This document shows, in pieces, positions 25,001-34,749 of a stretch of DNA of 64,000 bases. Under the pieces are notes generated by a model. The model saw only the letters and a list, made by a program, of their open reading frames with translations. It was not told the origin of the DNA and made no database searches. Location: positions 1 to 64,000 of the forward strand of contig NIVC01001029.1 in assembly GCA_002269645.1 (NCBI GenBank), given 5' to 3'. This DNA is from Macrostomum lignano. Its lineage: Eukaryota. Both the position numbers and the translations under genes were made by a program. Numbering within the stretch: the stretch's first letter is position 1; each line of letters starts with the position of its first letter.

Positions 25001-26741
25001 CAAATTGTTCCGAGTGGGTAGAGAATCGAACCCCCGACCTTTCAGTCGATACTTCAAAATATTGACTTTAGTTAATAAAACTCAACCGTAGTTGAAAAAT
25101 GAAAAATGGAGAAGCAGATACGGGGCGACAACAGCTCGCACTAAAGCACACAATAGCCCAGCAAAGTCGCAGATTGACTTTTGCATGCGCAATGTTTGAG
25201 CAAGATTGTACCTGCTGTTGACTCTGTGCCGGAGTTCAATAACTACTGCTCTGTGGGCAAATATAAGCAAATATGCGTCTTGCCAGCTACCTCGAACTCG
25301 TCTTCTTGGCCGGCTTGGAAAGGGTCAACAATGCAGTCGGTTTGGATTGGCATGCTGAGCGCGATGGGCTCCGAGCTGCCCTGGCGGCCGTACACTGTGA
25401 TGAAGACTCGGCTGCTGGTGCCGTGCTCCTCTGGCCCGGACTGGGTGCTCACCCGAACTCGCCACTGACCCTCTGCGGAATGACATTTCAAGTTTCACTG
25501 AGCAGATTTATTTGAGCAATAAAATAACTTATAAAAGACTTAACTATCTGATCCCAGACTCTTCCATGAGCACTCCTCAGATCCCTGAGTGAGTTACCAC
25601 TTCCACTCCTCAGATCCCTGAGTGAGCTACCGCTTCCACTCCTCAGATCCCTGAGTGAGCTACCGCTTCCACTCTTCAGATCCTGAGTGAGCTACCGCTT
25701 CCACTCTTCAGATCCTGAGTGAGCTACTCCTTCAAAGAGATTCTCAAACCCCAAGTTATCTACCGCACCGAATTCAAAAGCTTCATAACCCCGCAGTCAT
25801 CTCACTCGACTTCGAGGCATTCGCCCGGCTGTCTCGATTGTTGTTGACCCGCCTGCTGCCCGCCGGTTGCAGCGACTTGGCGCCGGCGCCGCCTTTGCTA
25901 CCGTCAGCAGCCGGCCCGCCGTTCCAGGCGTTCATCGGCTTGAACTTTTCGGTGCCGGCCACCACCAGGTGATCAGAGCCGTTGTAGATTGCGGATAGGG
26001 ACTCGATCTGCACGGCCGATCAGAATAGGGCTAAGTAGACCAGCTACAGACTGGGGTACACAGCAACGATTCAATAATTTAACTCAGCTCACCGGCTCGC
26101 CGTCCACGGTGTAGAGGCGGCGCACCTGCATCTGGAACATGGCGGACAGGTCGTCCAGCACCTGCTCGTAGTCGCGCACGTTCCGCTTGTTGAGCAGCAC
26201 GATGTGCTTCTTGAACGGTTCGCCGTTCTTTCTAGCGTAAATCCGCTTGCAGTCGGCCTGACGAAACGTCGGCGCGTAAGGCGCCGGCCCAGCCGCGTCC
26301 GGCTCTGAGCCCGGGTAGCTGCGGCTGTCCGGCTGGCTGCGCCTCGGCGCTGGCCGGATCGGGTCCGGCGCGGTACCGTTGCGCGCTTTTCCGCCGGCGC
26401 CACGCCAGGCAGGCGGCGGCGGCAGCGGCTGCTGTTGGCCTGGCAGCGCTCCCGCCCGGCGCTGGTTTGTGGAGCAAACGTAGTGGCCCTGGTTGGCGAA
26501 GTCTTCGACTGAGGCGACACGGTCGCGACCTTTCGGCGTAAAGACGGCGCGGACTCCGTAGCTGAGCTCCGGCATGCGGCCGGTGAGCTCGGTGAGCAGC
26601 GTGTCGAGGCCGCGGTAGCGGTTGGGGTGGATGGCCAGCCGCACGGGGTCCTTGTGCTGCACTCCGTCTCGATGGAAGAAGACAGTTTTAGCCGGACGTG
26701 GCCGGTTCTGCTCATTGCTTGGGCCCAGCTGGGGCAGCGAA

Positions 26742-26777
<36 letters not shown>

Positions 26778-26959
26778 TCCTGTGGTTGATCGCTGTGGCC
26801 GTTTTCCATTTTGCCTTCCTCCAAGTCGAAGATTTGCTCTTGCGTTTCGTCGGTACCTTCTGCGGCTGCTGGAGCTGCCGCCGGAACTGCCTCCTCGTCT
26901 GCGAGCGGCCTATCGGAGGGCGGCGCCGGCTCTGGATCCGGCGCGGCTGCTGAGGACAT
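1055..26959 (-). CDS. RP1: RP1/LOXHD1-like protein (2 doublecortin domains, 3 PLAT/LH2 domains, beta-trefoil-like region); 3' end off window
   Basis: Exons 26959-26093, 26007-25806, 25472-25291, 24706-24487, 18911-18754, 17266-17109, 16690-16440, 11183-11074, 9884-9417, 9332-9146, 8369-7660, 6969-6762, 5118-5041, 4141-4097, 1689-1621, 1083-1055. All GT-AG and phase-compatible, 1314 codons. DCX motifs (KTVFFHRDG...GVRAVFTPKG; RIYARKNGEP...VRRLYTVDG) and PLAT motifs (YTVEVRTG...GDTGPRKL; GHDGKGAGYGWFLDSV; CHRWLD). Orthology to RP1 is inferred from architecture. Confidence 0.88.
1340..1386. repeat. Degenerate telomere-like TTAGG/TTTAGG/TTAGGG tract
   Basis: TTTAGGTTAGGGTTTAGGATTAGGGTTTAGGTTAGGTTTAGG. 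Confidence 0.6.
1621..1689 (-). CDS. RP1-like exon 15 (69 nt)
   Basis: TTGCAG|CC...GAA G|GTAGAA; KALIDDIAEQAARRVQELHDAE. Confidence 0.65.
2008..2392. repeat. About 36-bp minisatellite
   Basis: AATAATCTATAGCACCCACCTCACTCCTGCCCGCAC. Confidence 0.95.
2915..3285. repeat. 48-bp minisatellite built from 16-bp subunits
   Basis: CAAGCAGGTAAATCCACACCCACGTCACTCCACACCCGTGTCACTCCA. Confidence 0.9.
3319..3683 (+). mobile_element. Full-length tRNA-derived SINE (family A)
   Basis: A box TAGCCCAGCGGTAG, B box GGCTCGATTCC, poly-A tail, 17-bp target-site duplication AGACCCATATTATTCAA at 3302-3318 and 3684-3700. Confidence 0.85.
4097..4141 (-). CDS. RP1-like exon 14 (45 nt)
   Basis: TTGCAG|AA...GAC G|GTACGT; NLTEDEDNKQYEED; phase 1 to phase 1. 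Confidence 0.65.
5041..5118 (-). CDS. RP1-like exon 13 (78 nt)
   Basis: TTCGCAG|AC...CCA G|GTGAAC; DVSQATSRLVVEAVSAAVLELQNELP. Confidence 0.72.
5519..6341. repeat. 42-bp minisatellite (about 19 copies)
   Basis: CAGGGCTAGAGGGTTGGCAGCCCCAAGCACAGCTCCCAAATA. Confidence 0.97.
6762..6969 (-). CDS. RP1-like exon 12: PLAT C-half
   Basis: EFSISAVDLGQL...GAGWHCDGLMV...FACGSWLDPGHGDGKTERLL. Confidence 0.85.
7010..7180 (-). mobile_element. Diverged SINE family A-related copy (central core)
   Basis: Shares GTGTACAGCGG...GGCATGTACACT...GCCTTGGGGGTTG with the reverse complement of the 3319 copy. Confidence 0.6.
7401..7570. repeat. About 80-bp two-copy tandem duplication
   Basis: GGTGTACAA.TGATACGT...GTGACTG.CCA.TTCTAAAAATAGAAA occurs twice. 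Confidence 0.7.
7660..8369 (-). CDS. RP1-like exon 11: P/Q-rich linker, PLAT-like segment, PLAT3 N-half
   Basis: ORF 7570-8289 extended to the acceptor at 8370; YTVQVATG...VCLIGERGDSGRR. Confidence 0.85.
8905..9125. repeat. 26-bp minisatellite
   Basis: CCCTATTCACCAGTGAATCATCCGCT. Confidence 0.95.
9146..9332 (-). CDS. RP1-like exon 10
   Basis: GTGDVACYFRV...TLESVRQPGSFVGL...RFFVEVVT; donor T|GTAAGT. Confidence 0.85.
9417..9884 (-). CDS. RP1-like exon 9: beta-trefoil-like repeats
   Basis: AKPSPQTEFRV...VRLFESVVFPDQFLRLKDGVIDCR; CGCAG| and |GTGAGC. Confidence 0.85.
9925..10081. repeat. 22-bp minisatellite
   Basis: TACCCTGGCATCCCCAACTGTC. Confidence 0.95.
11074..11183 (-). CDS. RP1-like exon 8
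   Basis: FFTVGGKKDSLRTLRAD...YLAIDGGQIVGQ; CCGCAG| and |GTGAGA. Confidence 0.8.
11200..15648. repeat. 21-bp minisatellite (about 210 copies, two main variants)
   Basis: GCCAATTGATAATGTGTCTC[A/T]. Confidence 0.99.
15649..15874 (-). mobile_element. SINE family A copy, 3' part lost
   Basis: Close match to the reverse complement of 3330-3560; B box present as GGAATCGAGCC. Confidence 0.8.
15875..16403. repeat. 25-bp minisatellite
   Basis: AATCGGTCACTGATTGTTCACAGCT. Confidence 0.97.
16440..16690 (-). CDS. RP1-like exon 7
   Basis: WLDEAEEDGKTTREL...IQLYSRVTGRPVRINSDNSVDA; phases 2 and 1 fit the neighbouring exons. Confidence 0.85.
16765..17050. repeat. 19-bp minisatellite
   Basis: GCAAATGTACATTCTAAGA. 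Confidence 0.9.
17109..17266 (-). CDS. RP1-like exon 6: PLAT2 C-half
   Basis: TDVFELEAVYLGRIKKLVIGHDGKGAGYGWFLDSVQV...FLCHR; not in the ORF track. Confidence 0.9.
17628..18392 (+). CDS. Nested intronless secreted protein: signal peptide, EGF-like, calcium-binding EGF, 2 fibronectin type II domains
   Basis: Hydrophobic N-terminus; DVDEC...CVNLQGGFACNC cbEGF consensus; CVFPFVYRGKRYTHCT...WC...WVAC FN2 consensus plus a second, diverged FN2; GC-rich codons; ATG at 17628. Confidence 0.88.
   Translation: MFRRRLSLLLQPMLPLLLQLLLPDIQPATACSATSVREIQSKIVNGKLAAIRCSDIKGILRGGSLMDPATYIECLPNSTEHACTGGARCLGYRCGCPDGLVYIGALGCTDVDECSLKLGGPACTGPQDRVSCVNLQGGFACNCTQPGQQYHPEWGCTDSPECVFPFVYRGKRYTHCTSADRGYLWCGLSDDVDRDNRWVACPLSYGTAHCVFPTRYQGELRSGCFVDKPTGKRLCSLTSNFDADREAELCMEVA
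18754..18911 (-). CDS. RP1-like exon 5: PLAT2 N-half
   Basis: EKYTVEVRTG...VVLFGDYGDTGPRKL...PFQMGQ; only the last 158 nt of the 1055-aa repeat ORF are real. Confidence 0.9.
18932..21906. repeat. 44-bp minisatellite (about 67 copies)
   Basis: TTGTACAGTTGGTGTGG[A/G]TTCTTGTGGAA[C/T]TGCATCTCTGT[A/G]GC. Confidence 0.99.
22950..22995 (-). CDS. Candidate alternative first coding exon of the RP1-like gene (MCGRGPLQPARGTRG)
   Basis: ATG at 22995; donor G|GTAATT in phase 1 matching the exon starting at 18911; long pyrimidine tract and AG at 23006/23012; X-box about 170 nt upstream. Confidence 0.4.
23168..23181. promoter_or_regulatory. RFX X-box, perfect consensus
   Basis: GTTGCC-CA-GGCAAC. Confidence 0.6.
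23445..24486. repeat. 47/41-bp minisatellite
   Basis: ACTGCAGCAGTGGTCAGCAGTCCCAGTCACTCATCTCTGCACTCTTC plus a 6-bp-deleted variant. Confidence 0.97.
24487..24706 (-). CDS. RP1-like exon 4: PLAT1 C-half
   Basis: INTGPIGEVMKVRLSHD...FDFNCWLSD; donor A|GTGAGT. Confidence 0.88.
24799..25048 (-). mobile_element. CORE-type tRNA SINE (family B), 5' end eroded
   Basis: Near-identical to the 32360 copy; CORE-like segment and B box. Confidence 0.75.
25291..25472 (-). CDS. RP1-like exon 3: PLAT1 N-half
   Basis: GQWRVRVST...VFITVYGRQGSS...FQAGQEDEFE; canonical splice sites. Confidence 0.88.
25560..25735. repeat. 33-bp minisatellite
   Basis: CACTCCTCAGATCCCTGAGTGAGCTACCGCTTC. Confidence 0.9.
25806..26007 (-). 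CDS. RP1-like exon 2: end of DCX2
   Basis: GCAG|ATC ... TCG A|GTGAG; IESLSAIYNGSDHLVVAGTEKFK. Confidence 0.85.
26093..26959 (-). CDS. RP1-like exon 1: DCX1, polyQ tract, start of DCX2
   Basis: ORF 26084-26959; donor CCG|GTGAGC; acceptor-like site just upstream of the ATG at 26976. Confidence 0.9.
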
Positions 26960-27221
26960 CGAGGCGGCTGCTCAACTGCCAGCGGCAATGGGGGAACCAA
27001 CGCAGTAGGGTGAGGGTCAGTTGCAACTAGTTTGCTTGTCCACCAGAATGTTGGTAGCAAGAGGCTACTCCACGAGGCAAGCGGGCTGGAGGGAGAGTGG
27101 AAACAGTGGAAGAGCTGAGGCGAACGGGGAGAGTGCGGAGAGAGGAGAGTCGCGTCGAGCTGAGCGCGCAGTTGCTTAAATAAATGATTAGAGACACTTC
27201 ACAAGGCTTGCTGCGCCATCG

Positions 27222-27905
27222 GTTGCCAATGACAACCACCTGGCACGCCAGTGCAGATGCGTATTGGGGTTGGCTGGTGGAGCTACTGGGGGTAGGGAAG
27301 ACCAAGTTTAGGACCAAAGGGCGCAAATCTGATCCCCGAAGCGCTGCGCAGACAATGGCTCTTCCTCTCTATCAATTCTCTCTCTGTGTTTCTATTTCTC
27401 TCGCCACCCTTTCGCGCGGGCGCCTTCCAAATGCCATGGCAACCAGGGGGGGGGGTCTATTGAGTGGCAGCTGACCCAATAAAAGTAATATGGTACCCCT
27501 AATTCCGTCGTTGCCGGTCCGCCTGACTTTCATAGCCAATTCTCAATATGCAAAGCGCACTGTCCCCGGCTCCGCCCGTGCGAATTGGGCAAATGGAAAG
27601 GCAGGGAGAGACGGAGAATCAAAGACCGGAGTCGCCATGGAGCCTGAGCAGCCCAGGGCGGCCGATTGGAGTGGCGCAGGTGGGGGTCTGGCTTTGATTA
27701 CCGAGTGGGGAATTAGTCCCAGCTACAAACTGACTTCTCTGGTTCAATCCGGAGCGCCAGCGGGCTGCAACCAGCGCCCTCCTGTCCGGCTTTTATTCTT
27801 TGAAGTGGCGACGGGACAATTTTTAGAGGCGCCACACAGCAGTGCTGGATAATCAATTGCGGCCGAGGCGCAGCACCCCCGTTGCCATGGGGTTGCCATG
27901 GTCGC
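27222..27905. promoter_or_regulatory. Cluster of RFX X-box-like motifs upstream of the RP1-like gene
   Basis: GTTGCCAATGACAAC at 27222; ATGCCATGGCAAC at 27431; GTCGCCATGGAG at 27631; GTTGCCATGGGGTTGCCATGG at 27881. Confidence 0.55.
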
Positions 27906-30455
27906 TTTGCGTAGCTAGACAATTTCTGTGAACCGGAACCGGGTCTCGTTGACTTTTGATGAAAACATTTTGTTCAAGAGCGGAACCCTCTGGTGGCCTA
28001 TGTGTTTACATTCGTCCCTCGTGCTTGGTTGACAGGCAGTTGATGGTTAGGTGGCTCAAGTTGACCAACTGACACTGAAATACTCTGTCAGCTTGTCAAA
28101 CATTCTGAATATTCGTAAAGCATGCTCTCAATAATATACAGAGGAAAATGCAAAAAACTCCCTAGAGCTACTAGAGCCACCAAAAGACACCAATTAAGAG
28201 ATCCCTGAGTCGAGTTGAGATAGAGTAACACCGTGGGCTGGCCAAGATAAAGTTCCTCGTTAGTACGAGCGTAGTTAGGCTTGAAAACAAGAGGCTTCTA
28301 CTTATGTTCAAAGTTAGGTATGTTAGCATTTTAATGGCATTACCATAGAGTGGAGCGTAGAAATTCATAGGAAAAACTATTGGGATGCATTAAAACAAAG
28401 TAAACGACTTTCTAAAAAAATTCCTTAAAATCATCGTAGCACAGAACCTGAAAACTTAATTTTTAAACTTGAGCTTTAAACAGTGGTTTATTAAGTAACT
28501 GATTGAACTTAATCCAATTACTTCCAATGTTTTAAATTGTCTTTTGTTTAAGTACACATACTTTTTGAGTCACATATCGTTAAAATAACTGTTTGAAACG
28601 GTAACGCAAATAACAGCGATATAGTAGGTGGAAAGCAATTCAAATAGTTTTAAATTTACAAAACGACTTGTCCCTAATAAATTCTAATCTCTTCCTAATT
28701 CCATCCTGAGACTCGTGGAGAATTCTTTAATGAATTGGACAGGCCTGTGTTATTTGTCTTTTAATGTTAATTAAATTTGATTAGTAGAAAAGCAGTCTTT
28801 ACAATGAATCTACACACATATTTTTCTACCATTTAAAAATTAATGACAATTTAATAACTTGAAGAATAATTGTTTTGTAAGAGATTAAATATTCTGGTCA
28901 GAAGGTACTTTGTTGGCGTCCAAATTAATTTTATCTTTTAGCCAAATAAGTTTCCCTGATACATTGTGTTTACGCTTCTGTAGTATGTTCATTTTAATAT
29001 TGCAATATACTATGTTGTGTATTGTGCATAGTATTGTACGATTATTGACAGTCTGTGGAGCAGTCTTGAATTTCGGATTTTTGCTGGCTCGCTTCTAGTT
29101 TTACTTTGTTTGAAACATGAATTTATAATACTCGTACTACAGTTATAAGTTAACAAACATGAGACAGCTTATTCGACTTCGTACCACTAAACTATTGCAG
29201 CCTATATAAAAATTAATTTTTGCCAAACTGTCAATGATAATAAGTGCAAACGGGAAATCACAAAATGAAAGAGCAATAATACGAGCATGATTTTTTTTGC
29301 CTTTGCTTTTTTCTTTTTAAATATACAAACAAAAGAAACAAAAAGATATATCTTACCATTTTATGAAAACCAGAATAGTATTTTAATTTCTTTGCCACCT
29401 GCTTGCAAAAAAATGAGTCATACACTGCGCGGCAAATAACTCGGTAATTTTGAAAAATTGCTTGTTCTATTTACGTTTTATCCGTTTACTAAAACAAAAT
29501 CTTTACAAATTACAGCACAAATCGTGTAAAAAATTAGTTTGAATTAAAAATTATAGTCCAATTTCATTAGGAATTAATTTATTTTCATTACAAATGTAAT
29601 CTAGGAGCTTCACGAATCAGTGGATAAGTTAATTGTTACGTTCTAGTAGCTTGGGCTTGATTTAGAATTTTTTAAGCGGTCAAGTCTAAACATCCGTCAG
29701 TATTACAGTGTTAACTTAGTTGTAATAGCAAAAAGGATTGGTTAACAATTGTTTAATAATGTTACTAAATTGTTTTACAATTCGGACACGAACAATTCAA
29801 AATTAATAAATTAGAATAATACCGGGTGGCGCATAATTAACTTTACAAATTTGAAACTTTTAGTCTATGTCGATGTGTATACATGTACGAGTAGTTACTT
29901 ATGCGCCCCTCGGGTATATGTATTGAATTGTGTATATATACCTATACCTAAATGAGCTAACGATCTACTAAAAAAATTCCTTGCTTGCAATTAGGTACTC
30001 GTAGATATAGTCCCAGAACTCAACAGTATGAGAAGGCGTAGTTGGATGGAAGCTAATTTAGGACGACTTAATAGAAGGAAAACTTGTAGAAAATATTTTT
30101 ATAAAACCTAAATTCGCGAAGTGCGAGTACTTTAAAGCTATACAAACTTTTCGCCAGTGCGAACTCGGAGCTGTTCCGATGTTTTTTTGGCTTTGTCTTT
30201 GCTTAATCTTTTGGATGCGGTTCAGCAACCATCAGGAAACAGAAGTGAAAAAAACTGTTTATGAGGGAAATTATTTGCAATACCGATATACAACTGCTGA
30301 GCGTGAACGGCAAATTTCGGCGAATGTGATTCGAACTGCTTAGCAGAGTCGTGAATACTGGAAGAGCCATTCTTGCAGAAGTAACAGCTTTCCATGAGAA
30401 AGCAGCTATGTAGTGAACTCCCCAGATTCAATGCCTTGAAGGGGGGGGGGGGGCA

Positions 30456-30660
30456 TCACAAACCCGAAAAATCACAACTCCGAAAGTTCTAGTAATGTTC
30501 AACACTATTTTGGTTTTCGGAGTTGTGATTTTTCGGGTTTATGATATTTCGGGTTTATGATATTTCGGGTTTGTGATAATTCGGGTTTGTGATATTTCGG
30601 GTTTATAAATGGGAAGTGCTTTCGGAGTTGTGATTTTTCGGGTTTATGATGGCAACCCCT
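30456..30660. repeat. Inverted and short tandem repeats (foldback/MITE-like)
   Basis: 26-bp arm 30460-30485 is perfectly inverted at 30515-30540 and again near 30621-30646; GATATTTCGGGTTT tandem between them. Confidence 0.7.
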
Positions 30661-31424
30661 TTGAGGCACCGAGGGTCACTCAGAATTCCCTTCTTTTGAG
30701 CGATGTAACCTAGAAAGAAGAAGAAGGAGAAACATGATTCGATCGCATGCTTGATATTTACAACAAAAAACTGCATCCTACTCAAAAGTCAAAACTCACC
30801 TAAATAATTATACAATACATGTACTTTCATTTCCAGACGAAGTCACATTCTCCGCAGAGGTGTAGCAGCTGTCTAACTTTTCTAAACTGGTGATTAACAG
30901 TGATTAACTGGTGGGAATACCAAGCCATTTTTCCGCCCATCGAACTACCAACCTCCTCCGTCAAGATATTCAACAATTCTGCCAAAAGTTCGGATTTTTC
31001 CCTTAAGTGCTAGTGTATTCAGTGCACCCCTCAGTGCAGCCTTGCCAACTCTCCAAATTTCATCAGCACGTCCACCACATGTGTCTGCATCAGCTGTGAC
31101 TTCGTTGGTCACTAGCCTTCACCCAGGTGGAGCTTCTGGACCTTCAACAGATGACACCACGTGACTATGGACACCCCGTTGCGAATTTCTTTTGTTTCGC
31201 TAATCAAGCCTCGACAGTGGGCAAAGCCTCAACTGCTAGACACCAGGCGTTCACAATACTATTACAGTAAAAACAAAGAAAAATCAGCACAAAGTATGAT
31301 AGCTACTACTGCGCACTCGACATTTGGAGGAACTTATTTTTCATCGTAATGGTAATTTCACTTGATTTTATGTGGATTTAGTTAAAACTTAAAAAATCTG
31401 TCTCATATCCATAGTCACCTTGTC

Positions 31425-31762
31425 AGCTCAAGTGACTCAGCCAGTTAAGATCGGTCAGTTCAAGTGACTCAGCCAGTTAAAATCGATCAGTTCAAGTGAC
31501 TCAACCGGAATTAAAATCGGTCAGCTCAAGTGACTCAGCCAGTTAAAATCGGTCATTTCAAGTGACTCAACCGGAATTAAAATCGGTCAGCTCAAGTGAC
31601 TCAGCCAGTTAAAATCGGTCAGTTCAAGTGACTCAGCCAGTTAAGATCGGTCAGTTCAAGTGACTCAGCCAGTTAAAATCGGTCAGTTCAAGTGACTCAG
31701 CCAGTTAAGATCGGTCAGTTTAAGTGACTCAGCCAGTTAAAATCGGTCAGTTCAAGTGACTC
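31425..31762. repeat. 32-bp minisatellite
   Basis: AAGTGACTCAGCCAGTTAAAATCGGTCAGTTC. Confidence 0.95.
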
Positions 31763-31829
31763 AGGTCAAAGTCTTGGCCAAGTCTGCTTCTCTGACAAAT
31801 AATTGCAGCATTTTCGTGCCATGAGTAGA

Positions 31830-31990
31830 TTAAAAAGTCAGTCAACATTTGAAACAAAAGAGGACAAATTGAATCTATTGATTTCCTATCAAACGGTGCC
31901 AATATTGTATTCATCAGCGTGCAGGAAACTAATTGAGATAAGTCCTGATGAGACTCATAAATACGGGCTACATTTGTTATTATCCATGAA
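31830..31990 (+). mobile_element. Possible degenerate LINE AP-endonuclease fragment
   Basis: DKLNLLIS then, after a frameshift, NIVFISVQETN, resembling the CR1/L2 APE xQETW motif; contains stops. Confidence 0.25.
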
Positions 31991-32359
31991 TGAAAGTGCT
32001 GTGGGACGAAAATGAGTGTGCACACTGGGTGTGCATCGGACGTTGTCAGTAATGTAACTTAAGCTTAAGCTTTGGAAACTTGGAAAAAACTTTCTGGAGT
32101 TTTCGAACTTTCACTGCAAGCTACAGGTCACTTGGTTTTTCAAAGCACACTCCATTCGGGAAGCATGTGTGAAAATGATTGCAGGGCAAGCTCAAACTTG
32201 CTGTTTGAGTCAACTAACACTCAATGGCCCTTCAAAGGAAATAGAAGTCGGATGAGAGGGCAACTTCTGAAGCAGTCAAAAAGTCAAATCAAAAGGCACT
32301 GTAGTTGCCGACCAACAGTTACGAAAATCGTTGGAGACGAAAGCGGGACTCGCAAACGT

Positions 32360-32625
32360 ACACCTGCCCTAATGGGCAGATGTGCAACCGACAGCTCAGC
32401 CGCAGCTATTGCGCGGCGCATCTGAAGGCTGCGTCCAAGGACTGGAGGGTCGCTACACACACCCTCAATTACCCCAGCCAATGCCGGCACCCATTTTACA
32501 GCTGGGTGAACTGAAGCAATGCAGAGATAAGTGCCTTGCTCAAGGACACAAACTGTTCCAGTGGGATCAGGAATCGAACCCCCAACCTTTCAGTTGTGAT
32601 TCCGACGCTCTACCACTTTGTCTCC
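32360..32625 (-). mobile_element. CORE-type tRNA SINE (family B)
   Basis: Minus strand: GTGGTAGAGCG A box, GGTTCGATTCC B box, GTGTCCTTGAGCAAGGCACTTA...CAGCTGTAAAATGGG resembling the MIR/CORE domain. Confidence 0.8.
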
Positions 32626-34749
32626 AATAGAAAATATTGAACGAGTAACTCCATTTGTGCTTCGTGAAAGTTCGCCAAGCATTAACCACGGCTTGCGAAT
32701 GTGGCTTGTGATCTTAGAAAAAAAGAAATTTTAACTGCAGGACTTGAGCCGATCCAGAATTTTTAATTTCAACTATTTTTGCATGACCGCGCACAATTGG
32801 TGAATTTTTTTACAAGCTCTTCCAAGCACTTTCCAAGGTCCAGCCTGTGCCTTTCGGATTCCAAATGCAAGCAAGTGATATGACTGGTGACACTAACAAA
32901 TTGCGGTCAAGTTTCAACGCACCTCCCCCTGCATTGCTTGATTGCTTGCCGACAAAGTAACTTCTAGGAGGGCTAGTAATTGTTTACTCCTTCTTTACTT
33001 CTTAGTTGAAGCCAGTGTAAATTGCAGCACCTGTCCAGATCTCTGGCTGGCCCTCCGGTTTTATACTGAGAGTGGACAGAAGAAGCGGTTTAGATAGCAG
33101 ATTAGATAGCAGAGTTCACCCTTGCCTGGCAGGGGTTTGCATCGCGCTGGCCTGATATCTGTAGGTTGCGCTCGCACTATCTCTAGCACTCATTGCAAGA
33201 ATTCGGACAGGCAGAAAGCCGAAAGCACTTTGAATTCGTATTGGCCAATAATAGCAGCAGGCACTGATTCCACCGGCTCTTGCCTGCACTGTTGCATGGC
33301 TGCACAACTACAATTTTAAATCTTAAATTTTACAATTTTCAACAAAAAGGGCAATATGGGAACACGAATTTCAAAACCAACATCTTGTCTTGTCTACGGC
33401 GCTAAATTGGTGCCAACATCTTGTCCAGGCGCTAAATTGGCTTCAAAATCTTTTTTTCGGGATTTCATCTGACCACCTCACCTTACAAGCCTAACAGGAT
33501 TGTATAACTTTAACAGCCCTTTAACTTTGATAGCTCCATGCCTGTTGTCAGGTGATTTGAGAGCTTGGAAATTCTAAGTAAGGCCTTCTAAATGCTTCGA
33601 CAAAAATGCAAATACATGTCATCTTTTCGCTCACCTATGTCGACTCTTTCTTTAGAACTTTAAATAGATTGTTCTCGGAAACAAACCTGTGTCATTTTCG
33701 GCCCTCAAAGGTGCGAAAAGGGGTGAAACAAGTGTAAAAAAGGCAAGAAATACGCGCTGGCAGCTTAGGAAGCAATATTAAAGCAATTTTGCAAGCAAGC
33801 AATAACATATAAATTTGAGATTTGAGTACTTGCTCTGACTAGTTCAATGATAAGTATTCTCAGAGTCTACAATTGATCAGTTTGAGTCGGAAAGCTGAAA
33901 GACAACCACCGACCATCGTGGTGAGACCTGGCCTCAAGGTGTTTATTTTCTTTTCCGTAATGCTTGAGCAGCTTGAGTGCAAAAAATCAGACAAACTAAT
34001 TAATTTCAAGTGACTGGGGATTTCACCGACTAGTCTGATTTAGGTCACCTAAAATAATAACTGTGAAGTTTTGACCAACTGTGTGTCGAATTCTGCACGA
34101 TTGGCTGACCACGCAGGAAATCTACTGCGGAGCCGGTGCTTCCTGTCATTCTGGACCGGCTGAATCAAAATTAGCATAATCATTAAGCCGGACTCAGCGG
34201 ATCGGTCTAAAATGTTTCCAGCTGTCGTCTGATTGTCTATCTTGCAGCGAATTTGCATGCATTGTATATTTGAGCGACTCAGGTAAGCGAAAGTCTTCTT
34301 CTTTCGGGTGAATAGCTACGTGCCGTGTGTTAATGAATGTTGGTTCTGCTAATCAGGCCAAGCTTTCGTTCTCTAAGAAAACATTCAGTTTAATCGAGAT
34401 TTCTTTGCTTAGTCTTGTCTCTAAGTCCTAAGGGACCCCAGTATGTCAGAGTCCTTTGCCAGCCGCTGTTGTTGCCACAGTGCTATTCCTGAGCAAATAC
34501 CCTGAAAGAAACAGGCCTTTTGGGGTAAATTAAACATAAAATACGTCAAACAGTAAAATTACTTTGTTTTATTTGACCTCTAATGTTGCTTCCCAAGTAT
34601 TACCCATTGCTATACATTCACAAAGGTTGAAAAAATGTTGCGAGATTATGTGTCGCTCTTCTGTTGATTCTGAAATACTGAAAGGACCAGGCCAGATTGC
34701 ATGTTTAGCGCTTCTGTATTGAAGCTAGAGCCGATCAATTGATGCTTGC

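Noticed and set aside
28100-30200. AT-rich 2-kb stretch
   Set aside because: No credible ORF, TIR or repeat structure was recognisable by eye.
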